NCBI GenBank assembly: GCA_036336835.1
Contig: JAYZFK010000055.1
Coordinates: forward strand, 1-51,856
Length of the DNA stretch: 51,856 nt
Source: Myxococcota bacterium
Lineage (GTDB): Bacteria; Myxococcota_A; UBA9160; UBA4427
Direction of reading: 5' to 3'
Shown here one piece after another: positions 48,683 to 51,856 of this stretch (its first letter is position 1; each line of letters begins with the position of its first letter). The notes beneath the pieces are model-generated. The model saw only the letters and a program-made list of their open reading frames with translations. It had not been told where the DNA came from and made no database searches. The position numbers were made by a program, and so were the translations under genes.

Positions 48683-50077
48683 TCAGGACGGGTCGGACGG
48701 CTGCTTGCGCAAGTGGAATGACTTGGGGCGGGTGAGCGTCTCGTACCCGAGCGCCGACAGCGTTACGCCGCGGCCCGTTTGCTTGACGCCCGTCCAGGCG
48801 AGCGCCGGGTCGAGATAGTCGCAGCGGTTCATGAACACGGTACCGGTCTCGATCCGGCAGCCGAGCGCCTCCGCCGCCTCGAGATCCGCCGTCCACAGCG
48901 ATGCAGTCAGGCCGTAGGGACTGTCGTTCATCAGGGCGACGGCTTCGTCGTCCGAGTCGACCGGCATTACGCCGACCACAGGGCCGAAGCTCTCTTCCCG
49001 CATGACGTCCATCCCGTGGTCGACATCGACGAGCACCTCGGGCGCCAGATAGGGCGAGCCCGGCTGATCGGGCGGGAAGTCACTGCCGCCGACGAGCGCT
49101 CGAGCACCGGCCGAGCAGGCGGCCGCGACCTGACCGCGAACGAAGTCCGCCGCGCTGCCGCGGACCATGGGACCCAGTGTGGTGTCCGCCGCCAACGGAT
49201 CTGCCAGTCGATGACCGCGCGCGACCTCGACGAGCCCCTCGACGAAGGCGTCGAAGCGGCCGCGCTGCACGTAGACGCGCTCGATGCCGCAGCACGACTG
49301 ACCCGAGTTGAAGAAGGCGCCGTCGGCGATGTTCTCGACGGCAAAGTCGAGATCAGCGTCGGCGCGCACGTAGGCGGGATCCTTGCCCCCGAGCTCGAGG
49401 CCCATGCCGAGGAAGGCTCCGGCGCCGGCCAGCTCGATCGCGCGGCCCGCCGCGACCGAGCCGGTGAAGTTGATCTGTTGCACGCGCCCGGAGCGCAGGA
49501 TCTTTGCCGTCTGATCGTGGCTCAGCACCAGGTTGCGAAACAGTCCGGTTGGCAGGTCCGCTGCGTCGAACGCCCGTTGGAAGCGCTCGCCAACGAGCAG
49601 CGTCTGCGCCGCGTGCTTGAGCAGCACCGCATTGCCCGCCATCAGGGCGGGCACGATCGAGTTCACCGCGGTCAGGTACGGGTAGTTCCAGGGAGCCACC
49701 ACGAAGACCGTGCCGAGCGGATTGCGGCGGACGAAGCGAACATAGCCGTCGATCGGCGCGGGCTCGTGATCGGCCAGGACAGCCGGTGCGATGTCGATCA
49801 TGTGTCGCGCGCGCTCGGCGAAGCCGCGCAGCTCTCCGCCGCCAAACTGCACCGGCCGTCCCATCTGGCGGGCGAGCTCGGGAACGATCTCGTCCTCCAT
49901 CGCAAGCATGGCCGCAACCGCCGCCTCGCAGCGTCGTGCCCGCTCGCCGAGAGGCGTCTCGCGCCACTCGCTCTGTGCAGCGGCCGCAGCCGTCAAGGCG
50001 TCGTCGATCTCGCCCTCGGATGCGCAGGCGCGCTCGGCGACGATCGAGTCATCGATCGGCGAGACGATTCGGACCAC
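48683..50077 (-). CDS. Aldehyde dehydrogenase family protein
   Basis: APWNYP, FTGS, LELGGKDP, NSGQSCC, EESFGP. Confidence 0.95.
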   Translation of the reverse strand: MVRIVSPIDDSIVAERACASEGEIDDALTAAAAAQSEWRETPLGERARRCEAAVAAMLAMEDEIVPELARQMGRPVQFGGGELRGFAERARHMIDIAPAVLADHEPAPIDGYVRFVRRNPLGTVFVVAPWNYPYLTAVNSIVPALMAGNAVLLKHAAQTLLVGERFQRAFDAADLPTGLFRNLVLSHDQTAKILRSGRVQQINFTGSVAAGRAIELAGAGAFLGMGLELGGKDPAYVRADADLDFAVENIADGAFFNSGQSCCGIERVYVQRGRFDAFVEGLVEVARGHRLADPLAADTTLGPMVRGSAADFVRGQVAAACSAGARALVGGSDFPPDQPGSPYLAPEVLVDVDHGMDVMREESFGPVVGVMPVDSDDEAVALMNDSPYGLTASLWTADLEAAEALGCRIETGTVFMNRCDYLDPALAWTGVKQTGRGVTLSALGYETLTRPKSFHLRKQPSDPS

Positions 50078-50537
50078 TCGGTGGACTCCCTGCGGCGCCC
50101 GCGCCGGCAGCCGGCTCGGCGAGCGCCCCCTCGAAGAAGCTCGCTGCGTAGCGTGTGTCGGTGTGCTCCCGCAGCTCTGTGATGCACCCGCTGGCGGGAT
50201 CGAACTCCACCACGAAGACGTACTGGTTGTCGTAGGACTCGCCCGCCGGCGTACGAGCGCGCAGGTTGGCTTCGGCCATCACGACGTCGCCTTCGGCCAC
50301 CACGAGTCCAACCCGCCAGTCGGCGGATCCGGGCTCGAAGCTCGACTCGAGCGATCCGGCCATCATGTCGGCGATCTTCTCGGCCCCGACGTGGATTCCG
50401 GCAAACGGCTCGGGCGCGGACTTCGGGATCACCCAGCGGGCATTCGGCGCGAAGAGCGCTGCCAACGGCCCTCGTCTCCCCGCTTCGATCGCGCGAAACA
50501 GCGCACGTGCTCGTTCCTTGTTCTCTTCGAGCCCCAT
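50049..50537 (-). CDS. NTF2/SnoaL-like protein
   Basis: EENK, VAEGDVV, YDNQYVFV, ITELREHTDT. Confidence 0.85.
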   Translation of the reverse strand: MGLEENKERARALFRAIEAGRRGPLAALFAPNARWVIPKSAPEPFAGIHVGAEKIADMMAGSLESSFEPGSADWRVGLVVAEGDVVMAEANLRARTPAGESYDNQYVFVVEFDPASGCITELREHTDTRYAASFFEGALAEPAAGAGAAGSPPSGPNRLADR

Positions 50538-50601
50538 CTAGTCTCCGCTGCGAGGCTCCCCGGCCGAACGAGCGCGCGCAGACGTTTTGGTTGAACCGGG
50601 A

Positions 50602-51856
50602 CTAGCCGTCCAGCTTCTCCAGCACGCGGGGAGGCGAGAAGGGGAGCTCGGTGAAGCGAACCCCCGTGGCATCGCACAGGGCATTGGCCACGGTGGCGAG
50701 AGGCGGCACGATCGGCGTCTCCCCCACGCCCCGAGCGCCGTAGGGGTGCAACGGGTTCGCGACCTCGACGATCACGGTGTCGATCATTGGCAGGTCCGAC
50801 GCCACCGGCATCCGGTAGTCGAGGAACCCGGGGTTCTCGAGCACTCCCTGCTCGTCGTAGATGTACTCCTCGTTCAGGGCCCAGCCGATGCCCTGAGCGG
50901 CACCGCCCTGCATCTGGCCTTCTACGTAGCTCGGGTGCACCGCCTTGCCGGCGTCCTGGATCACCGTGTAGCGGGTCACGCGGGTACCGCCGGTCTCGGG
51001 ATCCACCTCGAGGTCGCACAGGTGGGTGCCGAAGGCGGGCCCGGCGGCGGGGTGCACCACTGAGCCGCGCGCCACGATGGGGCCGCCGGTCGCCCCCATC
51101 TGCTGGGCGAGCTCGTCGAGGGACAGTGGCTCGCGCTCGCCGGCGCCACCCACGGAGACGGCGCGGCCCTCCTCCCAGGCCACCTCGTCGAGCTCGACAT
51201 CCCAGATCGTGGCGGCCCGGGCGCGCAGCTGCGCGATCACGTCGCGCGAGGCCTCGATGATGGCGGCGCCCGTCACCACTGTGGTGCGGCTGCCGCCGGT
51301 GAGGTCCGAGAAGCCTACGCTGTCGGTGTCGAGAACGACGGGCCGCACGCGCTCGTAGGGCACGCCGAGTTCCTCGGCCACGATCAGTCCCATCGAGGCG
51401 CGCCATCCCCCGATGTCGGGATTGCCGCTGGCCACCACGACGCTTCCATCCGGGTGGAGCGTCACGTCCGCACTCGATTGCATGCCGGCGTTGAACCAAT
51501 AGCCACAGGCAACGCCGCGCCCCTGGTTCTCCCCTAGCGGAGCCTTGTAGTGCGGGTGGCTCTTGGCTTCCCGGAGCGTCTCCTTGAAGCCGATCCTCGA
51601 GTAGGGGAGCCCGAGCGGATTGCGATCGCCCTCTTCGGAGGCGTTCTCGAGGCGCAGGTCGATCGGGTCCACGCCGAGCTCGCGCGCGATCTCGTCGATC
51701 AGCGACTCGGTACCGAAGGCGCCCATGGGGGCGCCTGGCGCGCGATAGGCCGCGACCTTCGGCTTGTTCACGACCACGTCGTGGGCCTCGATCGAAAAGT
51801 TGGGGATCCGGTAGGGACCGAAGGCGGTCATGGCCGCGGCACCCGCCGGCGAGCCG
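50602..51856 (-). CDS. Xanthine dehydrogenase-family molybdopterin-binding subunit (5' part lies beyond the window)
   Basis: AAYRAPG, TGGSRTT, VEGQMQGGAAQGIG, ARGVGETPIVP; ORF open to the window edge. Confidence 0.92.
   Translation of the reverse strand, partial: GSPAGAAAMTAFGPYRIPNFSIEAHDVVVNKPKVAAYRAPGAPMGAFGTESLIDEIARELGVDPIDLRLENASEEGDRNPLGLPYSRIGFKETLREAKSHPHYKAPLGENQGRGVACGYWFNAGMQSSADVTLHPDGSVVVASGNPDIGGWRASMGLIVAEELGVPYERVRPVVLDTDSVGFSDLTGGSRTTVVTGAAIIEASRDVIAQLRARAATIWDVELDEVAWEEGRAVSVGGAGEREPLSLDELAQQMGATGGPIVARGSVVHPAAGPAFGTHLCDLEVDPETGGTRVTRYTVIQDAGKAVHPSYVEGQMQGGAAQGIGWALNEEYIYDEQGVLENPGFLDYRMPVASDLPMIDTVIVEVANPLHPYGARGVGETPIVPPLATVANALCDATGVRFTELPFSPPRVLEKLDG

Overview
High-GC bacterial chromosomal window from a diderm (kdsB, outer-membrane beta-barrel, PEP-CTERM proteins). 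The gene content suggests Myxococcota or a related deltaproteobacteria-like lineage (inference, not verified). Left to right: uridine phosphorylase, topoisomerase III with a Lys-rich repeat tail, a giant 1506-aa DUF1302-like outer-membrane protein convergent with a DUF1329-like protein, a two-component system, PAC2 and SAM-methyltransferase genes, a thiolase plus FadE23/FadE24-like acyl-CoA dehydrogenase pair, an actABCDEF alternative complex III operon, rhomboid-TPR, purU coupled to an RNase Z-fold protein lacking its metal ligands, an orphan structured intergenic unit with a small ORF, GT4, kdsB, PPi-PFK, an octaheme lipoprotein, tRNA-Asn and greA. From about 38.9 to 47.2 kb lies a patchwork surface/secreted-protein region with gene remnants, two PEP-CTERM proteins and an uncalled 32-aa membrane ORF. 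The window ends with Tat beta-carbonic anhydrase, ALDH and a partial xanthine dehydrogenase-family subunit. No CRISPR array, integrase or transposase was seen. The best novelty candidates are the pseudo-RNase Z, the orphan RNA/sORF unit, the giant DUF1302, a recurrent leaderless-mRNA signature and an ActB that retains an N-terminal Fe-S motif. All family calls come from motif recognition by eye, not database searches.
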